Shown in pieces: positions 41,501-53,171 of a stretch of DNA of 64,000 nucleotides. Location of the stretch: contig OZ237737.1 in the NCBI GenBank assembly GCA_965178125.1, positions 1,488,001 through 1,552,000 of the forward strand, read 5' to 3'. Every line of letters starts with the position of its first letter. Position 1 is the stretch's first letter. The translations under genes were made by a program, and so were the position numbers. This DNA comes from Bilabrum cf. latius (taxonomy: Eukaryota). The notes under the pieces are model-generated. The model was given only the letters and a program-made list of their open reading frames with translations. It had not been told where the DNA came from and made no database searches.

Positions 41501-44500
41501 CCTGCGACCTACCGCCGCCGTACATCCGTTGGGCCTTCACCAGCACACTGCCGCCACTGCCAGCGCCGCCGAATTGGTCGCCCCCCGACAGCCTGCTGCC
41601 TTGGCCTCCGTTAGATCGGACAAGGACGGTACCAGCGGTAGCTCCGAACCATAGCGTGTCCGCGCGTATGCTGACAGCCCCACCGCCTGGTCCACCATGG
41701 CCGGAGATGCCACCGGGCATCGTGTCTTTGAGTGCAGCTCCACCAGGGGACCCAAAGTCGGTGGGATTTTTTATGCTGCCGTACACCGTTTCAACCGACG
41801 AGTACGACTCCGGGGTGTCTGCGGCGGAGCATCCGGAGCGACGGTCCACATAGCAGGACCGAGAACCGACGCCGCCATACGTCCCTCCGGCTCCAGGCTC
41901 GTTCTCTACGCACGTGCGGCGGGTCGGGGCCACGGGGCGACCTGGCGCGTTCGTGTCGGAAAACCTGAAGCCCCGGAGATTCGTGTCGATGATTTCGTTG
42001 ACGTACACGTGCCCAGTGCTCTCGATTGAAGCGCGAGAGGCAGAGAACGAGGCACCTGAAATGTGCAGGTGCGACTCCGGCACCTCTCGAGCCAACTCCA
42101 CGTCGCAGAGGTGCCCATAGCATCTGGTCTCGGACGAATAGGCGGCATGCCACCTGGGAACACCGCAGCCGAAGCGTATCTCGGACACCCCGACATATCT
42201 GTAGGACGAACTAGAGTGGCGCATGCGCCACAGGGCCGTCTTGACTGGCTCAAAGTGAAGCACGCCCGATGCACCTTCGCGGCGGACCTCGTTGTGATCG
42301 TGAGCTCTGAACTAGCCTGGGGCGAGCCTCCAGCTGGCACCATTGTCGATGGAGTATTCAAAGAACATGTACCGCGTATGAGTTGCCCAAGAGTGCCAAG
42401 CGGTAAGATGAATGGAATCGAACCAGACAGGCTCCGTAAAGTTGAACACGATCATCGCATCGATCGCACCCATGATCCCAGTCTCGATGTCGTTGTCCAC
42501 AAGAGCAGCCTTTGTCTGAGAAATAGGATTGGCTACCCAGGTGCCGGCTGTCTAAAGAGCAGTAGCCTAGACATCAAACGCGCTGATAGGGTAGACCCCC
42601 CCTGTACCCAGCTTCTGACTGCTCTCGGCACAGTAGGGCGCCAGCTTGGCGGCATGCTGGCTGCTCCCGGATGCGTACGACGAATCGACGACGCGAACTC
42701 TGCGAGTGGCCCTGAGTTTCCCCTCCAGCCTCATGGAAAGCGCGTCCACCTCGATGGAGGAGGGCCCTGTGATCTCTGCGGCGCTGGTCACGTGCACCTT
42801 CCGGGCCCTCAGAGAGCGGCCGTCAGGGATGTCTGCCCGGGCGGCACTGGACACGACCACTTCGTCGATGTAGTCGGGCTGCTTCGGCAAGAGCTCACCT
42901 GCGTGAACACCGAACAAGGGGTCATTCTCCGTTGCTTGCGCCCCGAGCATCTGCAGAAGAGCTGTGCGCTGCGTGCTCGACATGGAGGAGTTCTGGCCAG
43001 CATACGCAGACACCGAATCGACGTACGGGCGATCGCTGGATGGCCAGGGGGTCAGGGCCGAAGTGGAATTGTGCGATGTCTGCAGCACCACCTGTGCATA
43101 CCCTCCCACGTCAAGAAGCTAGGTACCTGCAGAACCATAGCACACGAACGTCTGACTGGTGCCCCCGTTGGCGGTGGCGGTGACAACGGCCTTCTCCCAC
43201 GTGGCACTTCGAACAGCGACTCGGCCTCCAGATCCACCACCACCGTGGTAGCTGCTCGTCCATGACCCGCCTCCAGTCACGTCGATGTCAAAACCACCTT
43301 CCAGGCTGCCAGCTTCGATCACCACAGTGCCTCCCGAGCCACCACCGGCATTCACCAGGCCACCCGAATGACCTCTGCCGTTCTATGCCCGGGATTCAAG
43401 CTAATCCGCGATTCTACCCGCATGGATCACGCCTCTGGGTCGGCCCCTGCTTGCCATGGACTCGCCAGCTCTGGGACCCGATGGGGCTGACCGCTCGCTC
43501 CATGGCATCGAATCCGGCAGCAGGCCTCGCCTGAACGCCTAAAGCTCTGCCTCCGACGGCACCTTGGCAGGCGCCGCGAGGGGGTAGGAGGCACCCATCG
43601 CGTGGAGTGTGGCATTCGTCACAGATGCAGCCACTGCCGCGCCGTGCGTCGCGTTGATCACAATGCGACCTCCACCACGCCCCCCGCGACCCACCTACGA
43701 GTCAAGAGTCTTCGTGTAGTCAAAACTGGACCCACCGCCCGAGCCCCAGCCCATGGAACCAGCATACATCTCAAACCATGCCACGCTGGAGTTGTACTGC
43801 CCGTTGGAAGCGCTCTCGTACGTGCTGAACCCGAGCATCTCGATGCCGTTCCCGGCAGGGTGCTCCATGCTGCCCGTGGCGAACCCACCGCGTGAGTGGT
43901 GCGACGGGTTGCTGTTGCTCGGCGTCCCGCACTCGGCCTGGTCCAAGTAGCACGACCGGGAGCCGCTGCCACCGTGCCCCGCACCAGCACCAGAACGCCT
44001 CGTGCGGCACCTGCTGCCAGTGAGGCGGGGAGGCGCGCCAGGGCCCTCGTCCGAATCGAAGCCCCGCTCGCTCACGCTGACCTGTCCGTTGAGCACGACG
44101 CGGGGAGCGCTGATGGTCACGTTAGATCCTTGGATCAGCCCCTCGTGCAAAAAGATGCTGTCGGGTCTGCCAATGTCCACGCGCACAGCGCATCCGTCTC
44201 CGTTGCAACCCAACTGTGACGTCGGTTCGAGCTCGAGAAGCATAGGCCGGCACATGAACTGCATTTCCCCGACCCCAGTAGATCCAGACGACCTATACTG
44301 CAGCTTAATGTGGCGAGTGAGCGATGGCTACGGCTCATCGTGGCTGTGTATGCCGGTCTGGTAGTACCGCGCCGACCAAGTGCCCTCGGGCCGGGCATGG
44401 CCCGTTAGATCGGTGATAGCCCAGCCGTTGTTGCTTCGCAGATTGCCGGAGCTGTAGTCGTTTGTATGGTGAACGCTCTGCCAGTCCAATGACGATGGAT

Positions 44501-47500
44501 CAGACTCTCTGATGGAATGCGTCGTCACCATCCAGTCGTGGTTGTTCATCAGTGACAATTGATTGATCGAAGTGCCCGTGACCAGCACGTGCGAAACAGG
44601 CACCACGGACGGGAACTTGACGGCAATAAAGCTCCTTGATTGACCTGTGGTAACCAAATATGTATCCCTGCGACCGTCTTTCGTTGCGTTGGGGCTCCTG
44701 TACGGGTATGAAGAAGTCGTTGTGTGCCAAGGGGTGTGGTCGTAGATCTCATAATCCAGCTCCAGGGTCGCGTCAGGCCTGCGCACGACGCGTCCGTGGT
44801 ACGAACTGTTGACGCTGCGAACAGTGCACGACTCAGCAATCCCGGGGTCCTCAGGCCCAGGGTAAAAGGCACTCGTCCCAAGCGCTTGAGCGGAGAGGAT
44901 AGGCAGCTCACCCTTGAGCGTGTCCTCTAGCTGGAGCGGCTCGGCAGGCAGCAACGAGCTGCCCGTGGTAGACACAGCCATGGAGCGCGTGGCCCACTCT
45001 GCCAGCTTGGCTGCTCGGCGAGCACGCTCCGCGTCCAGGTATGCCTTGCCTCGGTGGGAGACGTCAGTGAGTGTCAGGTCGTCTTCGGCCGTGATGTGCC
45101 CAACGGCGTGGATCTGAGCAGCATCCAGGGTCCACCGGTGGCCGGTGAGAATCGAGCCGGATTCTACCTCGACACGGTGTGCCACCAGCCAGCCCTTGTC
45201 CGCCGGCATGCGCACGTAGCCAGACCCGGTGATGACCAGCCGATCCAGCGGGATGCGCCGGGTGAGGACATCATCAGTGATCGGCGTGTACACATCGGGG
45301 TCGTACGCAGACACGCCGCTTGTGGTACGGGCAGTGATACGAGCATGGTCTTTGAGGACCAGAGAGTGGTGCACCGCCCCTGTGGTAGAATTCCCGGTCG
45401 CATTCTTTCGCAGCAGCGAGATCCACAGGGTCCCGCTTGCGCCGTACGCGGGCCGGTTGTCTACTCCCCAGCCTTCGCAGTTCGACCAGCCACCGCGGGT
45501 CAACACACTAATGCTCTGGTGCGACCAACGGGTGGCCTTGATCAGGACGCGCCCACCGGCACCGCAGCCGCTCTCGTACGAACTGTGCCAGCCGCCGCCA
45601 CCGTCGGCGCTCACCTACCCGCGGCCCTCCACGGCCCCCCTCGGACTTTCCACGCGAATGGTGCCGGCGGAGCCGCCTCCACCACCCACGTTGCTGCTTG
45701 TCACCCGGGTGCCACTCCCGCCACTTGCTCTGATCGCGTTGGAAGTAGAAATACCGACGTCACCGTCTTCAGCGACGATCCGCACAAAACCGCCGCCGCG
45801 CCCGCCGCTGCCGCTGCGCATCACACGGTTCTCGTCGTGGTGCGCAGCGCGCCCACCACCGGACCCGGAGGTCCACGGATCGGACGAGTACCCGTACGCC
45901 AACCCACCCTCGGTCAGTGGGTTGTCCCTGTAGTCATCGATAGCAGACACAGCGTAGCGATTCGCGCCGCCGACGCCACCGTGCCCCGCTCCAGGCCCAC
46001 TGACCTCGCCGACGCAGATCTCGTTGCGGGTCGTCACCGGGGCGCCTTCGCCTTCGTTGCTGGCTGGTCCCAGCCCCGATGAATCGATACTGCCCCGAAT
46101 ATCTACGGACGACGACCGAATGGTCACGTTGCCAGCTTGGATAGTGCCTGACACGCTGGTCCGCACGAGCAGAGGCTGTGCTGCCGAGTAGGTGGGGAAC
46201 TGGTCCGGCTCCTCCACCCCACCAGCAGACTCGAGCTTGTCTGGGGCATCCAAGGCGGGATAGGTGGTCTCTCCCAGTGGACCGGCCTCGATCCGTACAG
46301 AGCACACGCTGTCCGGTTGGTCGGTCTACACGGCTGCCGCAGCCTCATTTGCTTCGTCTTCACTGCGCCCGAGGGCCAGTGCCGCCCGCTTTGCCTCCTC
46401 CTGCAGCCTGTGAAGCCTAAGGTCCTCCCCGGTGCACTCCATCCTCGCAGAGTCCAGCAGCTGCACCGACCGGGCCCTGCACTCGAATGCCGCCTCCTCA
46501 AGCCGAAGCCATTGCCTCATCGTGTGCGACACTACCCTGAAGCTTCGCGTTCGAATAGGTTTGAAATGCATCTGAGACCACGCGCTAGGGGCATGGGTAA
46601 TAGAAAGCGTACTGCCACCCGCACCAGTATCCACCGGCTGGTATGCGTTCGTGTTGCCAGTCAGGCTGGCAGGAAGATCATCAGGCTCAGGAAGGTAATC
46701 CAGCCGCTATTCCTCAATACCGCCGTTTGTAGGCTCCCTGAAACGGAAGGTGTTGATGACGACGGGCGTCTCCCATCGGAACTCGATGATGCTCCAACCA
46801 GACGAGTACACTTGGATGTTGGTGCTGGCCCTGTTGTCCTTGAGCTCGTGGCCAGGTCCTCCTAGATTCGTGCCTTCACCTTCTCTCAGTGTATTCGAAT
46901 ACCATCCCAGCGTGTAATTGCGAAGCATCGCCGCCTCCTAATGGGGAGTCAGCACTCCGGTAGCACCAGACATCATGCGCTGCCCTTCTGGGCACATGTG
47001 CCAGGACGCCGTGCTCTCAACGTGCCGAGACATGGGAGCCATCGTGGCATCGGGCTAGGGTACTACCTCTGCCCCCGACTTGACGGGCGACGTGTCATCG
47101 GACTGCAGGCCCTCCAGCCCATCGTTGCCCTCAAACGTGCCGTTGCCGGTGGCCACACGGACCACCGCTCGGCGCCTCCCCCGCACCGTCCCCTCCAGCT
47201 TGACCTCGTCGGCGTTGAGCACCAGCGCGTCTGTTTCGATCCGGGCAGCAGCGCTGACACGCACCGCGCCGACACGAACCTCGGAGGCGTTCGGGAAACG
47301 GACCACCGCATTGGAGGCGACTGCAAGCACGCCAAGGTCACGGGGCAGGCGGCCTGCCGGGCCACCCCCACGGTGGGCAGCAGGAACCAGGGGCGTGTGC
47401 TCCCCGTGCGTCGACTGCCCGTATGGTTGCGTCACGATGAGGTCCTTACGCCTGTCTCCGTCTTCGATCCACACGGTGCCAGATGCTGCCGAACACGCCG

Positions 47501-50500
47501 AGCCGCCGGAACCACCGGTGGCTTGCAATCGTGAATCGAGAATGCGCATCCATTCGGTACCAACAGCGCTGACTCGGCCACCGGCACCACTCCCGGCGTA
47601 ATTGTTGCTGGATCCGCGAGATCCAATGGCCCGCAGATGCCCGCGGCCGGCCAGGTACTTGCCCATCAGAGTCACGCTGCCTCCCGCGCCGCCGCCACCG
47701 CCAGCAGCAGCCGAGTAGGGCGCCACTTCGCCGTAGGCGTGTAGCGTGGACGACGAACCCAAACTGACGAAGCTCTCAGCTTGCAGCCAGATCCTGCCAC
47801 CGCCAGAACCACCGCGACCGCCACGCACGTACGATGCTTGGGCTGCACCGGACCCGCCACCGCTGCCGTAGGCGAATGGCCGGTCGATCGAACGGGTCGA
47901 CAGAAGAGCGCCCGCGCCAGACGCAACAGTGGTGGGCGACGTGTCAAGCGCCTGCAGCACCACGATGGCAGACCCAGTGCCACTAGTCACGTCCTGCGAT
48001 TCGTCGTTTCCGGCGTAAGCCGCCCCACCGATCGGCCGCGGGCTGCACGCGTCGGAGGACGAGCACGAGGCACCGCCAGTGCCGGCGTGACCAGCCCCAC
48101 CCCCGCCTGCAGTGGTGTACCCGCAACGAGGCACCCGCAGCGGCGGTCGACGCCCCGCCCCCGGCCCCGAATCGCTGGGGTGCCCCCTCGCCGATACGTC
48201 AATGGCCCCTTCGATCTCCATCTCCCGGGCGTTCACCAGCACAGTGGAGCCGTGGATCGATGCCACCTGCTCGATGGCAAGCCTGCCGCCGAGGGAGGAC
48301 ACGTCTGCGGCCACGGCGCAGTACCTCGACTTGCAGTGCACCTCGCCGTGGTACGTGGTTGAGATGAACCGCAGGCGCATGCCAGCCATCACCATGCCGT
48401 CGCCTGCACCCGCTGACGGGTCGGAAGAGTCAACTCCTGCAGCGTCCACGCCACGGCCCTGCTGGCGCGTCCCGCACTCGAAGCTGAGGTGCGAGAGGGC
48501 GATGTAGCTATTGGACGGCTTGTACAGCTCGAAGGCCACCACCTTTACAAGGGCCCGGTCAAACGGCACCGTGAAGGGCTCCCCGTCGGCGGCCTGCAGC
48601 GAGGTCAGCGTGGAGAGGCGCACGTGCGGAGCTACCTTCCACACGGTCGTGCCCTGCTCCCGGGTGGTCTGGTACCTCAGCTGGGAAGTTTGAAGCCAGC
48701 TGGGACCGCCATGCGAGTCGCCTCCACCGCGTTTCCGAATAGCGAGCCGCACCGCACTGATGGTCACGGGGTTCTAGAAAGTAGCCCTGACAAAGTTGTG
48801 CGACTGCCGGGCCGTCACGACTCCAGTCTCGCTGTCCTCGTCGTCCTGCAGGCTCTCCCTGGACGGCTTAAGCTTGCGATCAAAGAAGTCCGTCGAGTCG
48901 TCCCAGGCCGAAGTGTTGGAGAGGGTCCAGGCTCGCAGTGCCCCCCTGCCTGGACAAGTTGGCACCTCGTCCCCGACCAGAGGGCCCTCGTCGTTGACAC
49001 CGCTGCCCATGGTGCTGACGGCCACCTGGTCTCCGTCCGGATCGTCGTCTGCATAGCTGGAAGCAGGCAGGGCACGGGCGGCGTCCTCGTCCTCGATGCC
49101 CTGCGTGGTTTGCAGCACGCCAGAGAGACCCACAAGAGTGCCCATCGCGTCCACCGAGGCAGAGCGCATGAAGAGCAGCGGGCCCACAGGCACGCGCCGG
49201 CCCTCTGCAATGGTGCCGTTGGGCAGGGGCAGAACGGCGCCGGCCGCCACGGACGCATCGAGCATGAGCTTGCGCGGCTGCGAAAACACCGCGCCAGCAG
49301 GCAGATGCGGGTACGCGTTGCCCCTCCACGGGTTTGAGTTGGTCCCCAGCAGCCAGGGCTGCCTGCTGTCGGCCTCGCTGCCCGGGATGCCGCTCCCGAT
49401 GAGTGGAAGAGACCCAGTGCCTCCCCCCTGCGCGATATACGACTCACCAGGTAGCTCGTAGTCGGGCTATGCGGCGACCCGTCCGTCCATCATGGCTTCG
49501 TCCGAGTAGCGGGAGCCGGAGGCTGGGTCTGCCGCGAGCAGGGACATCTGCTGCACCCTGACCCGAGTGGCAGCGAGCTCAATCACGGGGGCCCATGCCA
49601 GCGCGTCCTGTGGGGCGTTCGAGATGGACGCGGGTGACGAGGAGGAGGAGATCGGCGGCGGGTTCATGCCAAACTTTAGCTGCTCCTCGACCGGCACATC
49701 CTTGGCAGCAGAGGCGGCTCCCCCAAGGGCCGCCGCCCGCCGCCAGAGGGCTGCCTTGGCTCCGGAGCGAAGCACCGCAAGGCCCAGTTCATCCGCGCTC
49801 GCGGCAGACGAGATCGAGACCGTCCCGCCCGCCTCAGGCGCGGCGTTGGCGTCCTCCGCGGCCCAGTTGACCCCGGGGTGCGGCGCAGTGGCGTTGACCC
49901 CTCCCGTGGCGAGCACCTCGTCCCAGGCGAAGAGGCCGGCGGCGGTGCACGGGGGCAGCGGGGTGGCGTGGTAGCGAGTGCTGGTAGCGTAGCGCCCGTT
50001 GTAGCTGCCAATGCCGCCGTCCAGTCGCAGCTGCCCGCTCGCCGCGCTGCTCGTGTCTCTCCTGTAGAGGTAGGCAGCCTCCGAGGCGCTGATGCCCTGG
50101 GAGTTGGCCAGGTTGAGCACCGCAGTGCAGTGCCCCAGCTCGTCGTAGTCCGCCTCGAAGGGCTCAGGGGCGTTCGTGAGCACCACCACGGTGCCTCCCG
50201 CCCCTGTGCCCCAGGCAGCGCTGTTCCCCACGGCCGATGTCCTCGCGATGATGGACTGCGGGAGGTGCTTCTGACCCCCGCTGCTCGCCAGGTGCACGGC
50301 GATGCGGCCGCCGGAGCCGGTGCCCGCGCGGTAGCTGGGGTGGCAAAAAGTACCGCCAGATGCGATCAGGTGTCCCCTGCCGCGCACCTGCTGGGCGTGG
50401 ATGCGGATGGTGCCGCCCGCGCCGCCACCGCCGCACGCTCCTCCGCTGAAGCTGCCGCCTGTGCCGCTGCTATCGATGCGAGAGCCAGAATCCATTGAAA

Positions 50501-51188
50501 CATTGACGGCAGAACGTAAAATCACCACGCCGCCGCCGCGTCCGCCGCGGCCAAGGCGCTCGGAGAAAGTGCCGTCCAGCCTGTATCCCGCGCCACCCCC
50601 GCTTCCAGCCGAGTTTGGCACAATGGCAGAGCCGAATGCGTTGCCACCGACTGGCAGGTCCGTGTCTGATGTAGAACAGCCAGATCCAGCCGTGCGGTAC
50701 TGGCTGGTGCCACCTTTCCCGCCGTGCCCGCCGCCTCCCCCCGAGACGACAGCGTCGCAGCCAGCTAGGCTTCCGTTCGATGGCTTTCCAGGCCCCTCTT
50801 CTTCCGCAAGTCCCCGGCCGGTGGTCAGCAGCTGGGCGCTATCTTGAAGATATATGTTTCCTGAAGTTGTGTTGATTTCGATTCGACCAGCGGTCAGTTG
50901 GCCGTCGATTTGGGCGCTTCCCGCGACCACGGTGATGCGGCACTGCACATTCGAGCACGTCACCGAGCCTCCTTGGCGAATTTCAAGGTTCCCGGATCCA
51001 GACGCGTGCACTGCAAGCTCATTGTCAATAACATGGGCGCTGGAAACGACACATGTGGTATCCAATGTCCCGCTGTCGCAGGGGAAGGCGGCTTGTCCCG
51101 CGGCCATCATCGGCAGGAAGCACGCGCTGAATGCCAGAACCGCAAGGGTTGCTAGATTCGCGCGAGCCTTGCCCGTGTGCAGCCTCAT
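14553..51188 (-). CDS. Giant single-exon multidomain cell-surface/multipass membrane protein, about 12,211 aa, 49 in-frame TAG
   Basis: The chain of minus-strand ORFs from 51494 to 14553 lies in one frame. I read every gap and found only TAG: 49467, 48774, 47055, 46938, 46707, 46326, 45615, 44328, 43695, 43539, 43401, 43383, 43119, 42567, 42552, 42312, 41178, 40677, 39519, 38925, 37971, 37773, 35241, 35019, 34110, 32589, 32280, 32277, 31860, 30897, 30678, 30417, 29994, 29817, 28992, 28848, 28830, 27915, 27642, 26919, 26628, 25848, 23529, 23214, 21087, 20736, 19017, 18621, 16929. The start at 51188 gives the signal peptide MRLHTGKARANLATLAVLAFSACFLPMMAAG (the frame stays open a little further upstream). 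Ends at TGA 14553-14555. Confidence 0.88.
15310..16960 (-). other. Multipass (about 7 TM) TRP/FLC-like membrane domain of the giant protein, followed by a basic cytoplasmic tail
   Basis: LD*AQFIVMCGQL, then hydrophobic helices and the pattern LGPLYKRY....FFVVIL..RFLSALILVLL...PVLQ......VYVAVV...AP, typical of the Pfam TRP (fungal FLC/Pkd2-like) region. The tail has NPM/NPL motifs. Confidence 0.6.
18860..21420 (-). repeat. Cys-rich disulfide repeat array within the giant CDS
   Basis: Many copies of C.DG..N..E[TS][DG]VDCG..C..C..G..C....[DQ]C.S..C...C, interrupted by Gly/Thr linkers (GGGTGSGTGGG). Confidence 0.85.
21430..28890 (-). repeat. About 12 bacterial-type Ig-like (Big_5/SbsA-like) repeats within the giant CDS
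   Basis: Repeated D..[AP]P.[VI].S..P......V...I.[LI].F[SN]E.V ... Y.V.[VI]..G...D..GN.F.G....W.F.T (e.g. DTVAPTIVSGSP, DATAPTVLSTSP, DWIAPTLSSIVP, DVDGPILVSTVP). Several carry long insertions. Confidence 0.75.
28900..29320 (-). other. Fibronectin type III-like domain within the giant CDS
   Basis: PDAPRTV...IEVQWTRP...IWGYEVQ...FRVRSFGPSGFSDWS. The last strand is visible only when the TAG at 28992 is read through. Confidence 0.7.
29350..51080 (-). repeat. 12 diverged Gly-rich protein modules within the giant CDS, most followed by an F5/8-type-C (discoidin/galactose-binding)-like domain
   Basis: Recurring consensus G.G....GPG / GGG[HY]GG.GG / YG....P..[FY]GSGGG / GG.GGG.I.[LI] / GGG[AS]GG[ST][IV] / G[AS]GGR[IV]A[IV] / G.AGT, with cores near 50420, 47690, 45670, 43340, 41560, 39790, 38070, 36450, 34640, 33340, 31090 and 29550. 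Spacers carry L.DG...T, F..PV.[IV]..[IF], [LF]EYS.DGG.TW, F.P......[WI]R and G..E..F.C. Boundaries are approximate. Confidence 0.75.
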
Positions 51189-51578
51189 GCTGGGCTTCAC
51201 CGATGCCAGATTTACTTGGGAGGCCAGATAAGTCTCTCTCGTTGCTCTATCTGCGAGATATGGCGCGACGTTTGCAAGGGCAAGGCGTGGAGGCATTATC
51301 GTGCAAGTTTCGGCCATCCAATTCCCATCACGTACCTCCAGTATCGAAACTTGGTAAATATTATCCTTTGTGTGGAAGCTCTCCTGAATTGAAGGCCAAA
51401 TAAAGTTGGAGCAGGGTTGTTTCCCTGCGCAACTATGCGATCGTCGGTGCGCCGTGGGCAACGTTGCACTTGGTCGCAAAAAAGAAAGTGGCAAACTTGA
51501 AGCCCGTCACTCATTTGTCCCGATTATTTCTTAAATGAATGTCCCTGGTGGGCACTGTCAAGCTATCTGTTCAAACAA

Positions 51579-53034
51579 TCACAAAATTTCCTTAGTGAGC
51601 GGGTCCACCGAATCGTAAGGCGCGATCAGCTCGAACGCGGGAGGGTCCACAGGGGCGCCGTCAGGCAGCATGCCTCGATCCCGCATGGCCCTCGCTGCCA
51701 TTGGAGAGAACCCGTCCATCGCATCCAGCACCTCCCTTCTCTCCTGAAGCGCTGTCATCTCCGACTCGTAGCCTTCGGTGCCGGGCATGCCCCCAAACGT
51801 AGGCGTCGGGAGCGGCAGCGCCTCGGTCGGCTTGCGCTTGTTGCTATCCCGGACAAATACGAAGGAGCCCGCAGGCCCCGGAATGGCTCCCTGCACGTAG
51901 ATTAGGTCTCTCCACTCGTCCACCTTGTACACTCGCAGCCCCTGCGTGGTGGTGCGCTCGTTGCCCAGCCGCCCCGCCATTTTCTTGCCCTTCCAAACCT
52001 TGCCCGGCGTCGTCGAGTTGCCGATCGAGCCCGGCTTTCGGTGCGCCTTGGAATTGCCGTGGCTGGCCGGCTACCCCGCGAAATTCCATCGCTTCATCAC
52101 GCCCGCGAACCCCTTGCCCTTGCTCCACCCCACAACGTCCACCCTCTGCCCCGGCACGAAGTGCCTCGCCGTCAGCTCTGTTCCCTCAGGCAGCAGCCCG
52201 TCTTCGCTGACCTCAAACTCGGCCAGCCGGTAGTTGGGCTCGAGGCCCCTCTTCTCGAACTGCCCCAGGTGGGGCTTGTTGGCCCGCTTGGCCTTGAGGA
52301 AGCCGCCCCCGATCTGCAGCATGTTCTTGCCCTGCGCGTGCTCCTCTGCTCGCTTCACCTGTACCACCTGGCAGCGTTCTAGCTGCGGATCGTGAGAGGG
52401 GAATTGGAGCAAGTTTTGCGAGACTGGAGGAGTGATGATAAAGTCTTGACGAGAGGCGCGCTGCCAGGGGGGATGCCTTTCTCACTTTGATTACCGTCAA
52501 TGCCATCCGCCTCCCCCAGGGGTCCCACTCCGGAAGCATTCCGCATTTCAATCCAATAAGAGCAGTTCGTTTCGTCTGCGGTGTCCAGCCTGCTTCGTCC
52601 AGGCTGAGCGGCTCGGCAACCTTTTGATGGGCCATCATGGCAGGTTCCGTCATAGCAAACTAAGACTTCCGATTCACAGCTTTGGGCTTATTGATATCTC
52701 TCCATCGATCTCTGCCGCTATACACGGTGTGCACTTCCCGTCGTACATCGATGCCCTCCTCGCCGTCATGCTTGGCTTCCTCAAGCAACTACTTGGCCAT
52801 TGCAGCCGACTCTGGCGACCCATCGAACACAAAGTTGTTATCCATTGCACCAGACTATGTCTTAACGGCAGAATCGCTTGCTCGTGCTCCGGAAGAGAAG
52901 CTTCGAGCCCGGCCGGTTATAAACTATCTCTCTGGCGCTGCACATACGGCACTCAACGAAGCTGCCGACCTATGAAGGATACGATATCCCTTTGATAACC
53001 CAAATCGAGCGCGCGACAGTCGCATGCACGCCAT
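51579..53034 (-). CDS. MRPL3: Nucleus-encoded mitochondrial ribosomal protein uL3m; join(53034..52486,52382..51579), about 450 aa, 5 in-frame TAG
   Basis: Clear L3 motifs: [84 protein letters not shown]. Start gccATGG at 53034 gives an Arg/Ser/Ala-rich presequence with RSFSS. TAG at 52924, 52855, 52789, 52660 and 52071; ends at TGA. Confidence 0.93.
52383..52485 (-). other. Spliceosomal GT-AG intron (103 nt) in uL3m
   Basis: Donor GTGAGA at 52485, acceptor CCGCAG ending at 52383. Removal repairs the frame change and joins LTVIK to LERCQVVQVK, as expected for L3. Confidence 0.9.
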
Positions 53035-53171
53035 GGCCGGTAGCTACGCAGGTATATTTGACTTGTGAACACGATCAGGCTTTTGCTGAAACAGCTCGTT
53101 ACCAATTACTCATCACACCGGCCGTGGCATCAAGAAAACTGTTCACCGCATTATTGCAGCTTAGTTCCGCG

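Noticed and set aside
14553-51494. Dozens of separate adjacent genes (operon-like), as implied by the ORF track
   Set aside because: All lie in one frame, are separated only by TAG, often mid-domain, and have no intergenic-type sequence between them.
53052-53159. Possible 5'-UTR intron (GTATAT...TTGCAG) upstream of the small + strand ORF
   Set aside because: The splice-like ends are present, but nothing requires the intron and it would leave almost no room for the divergent promoter.
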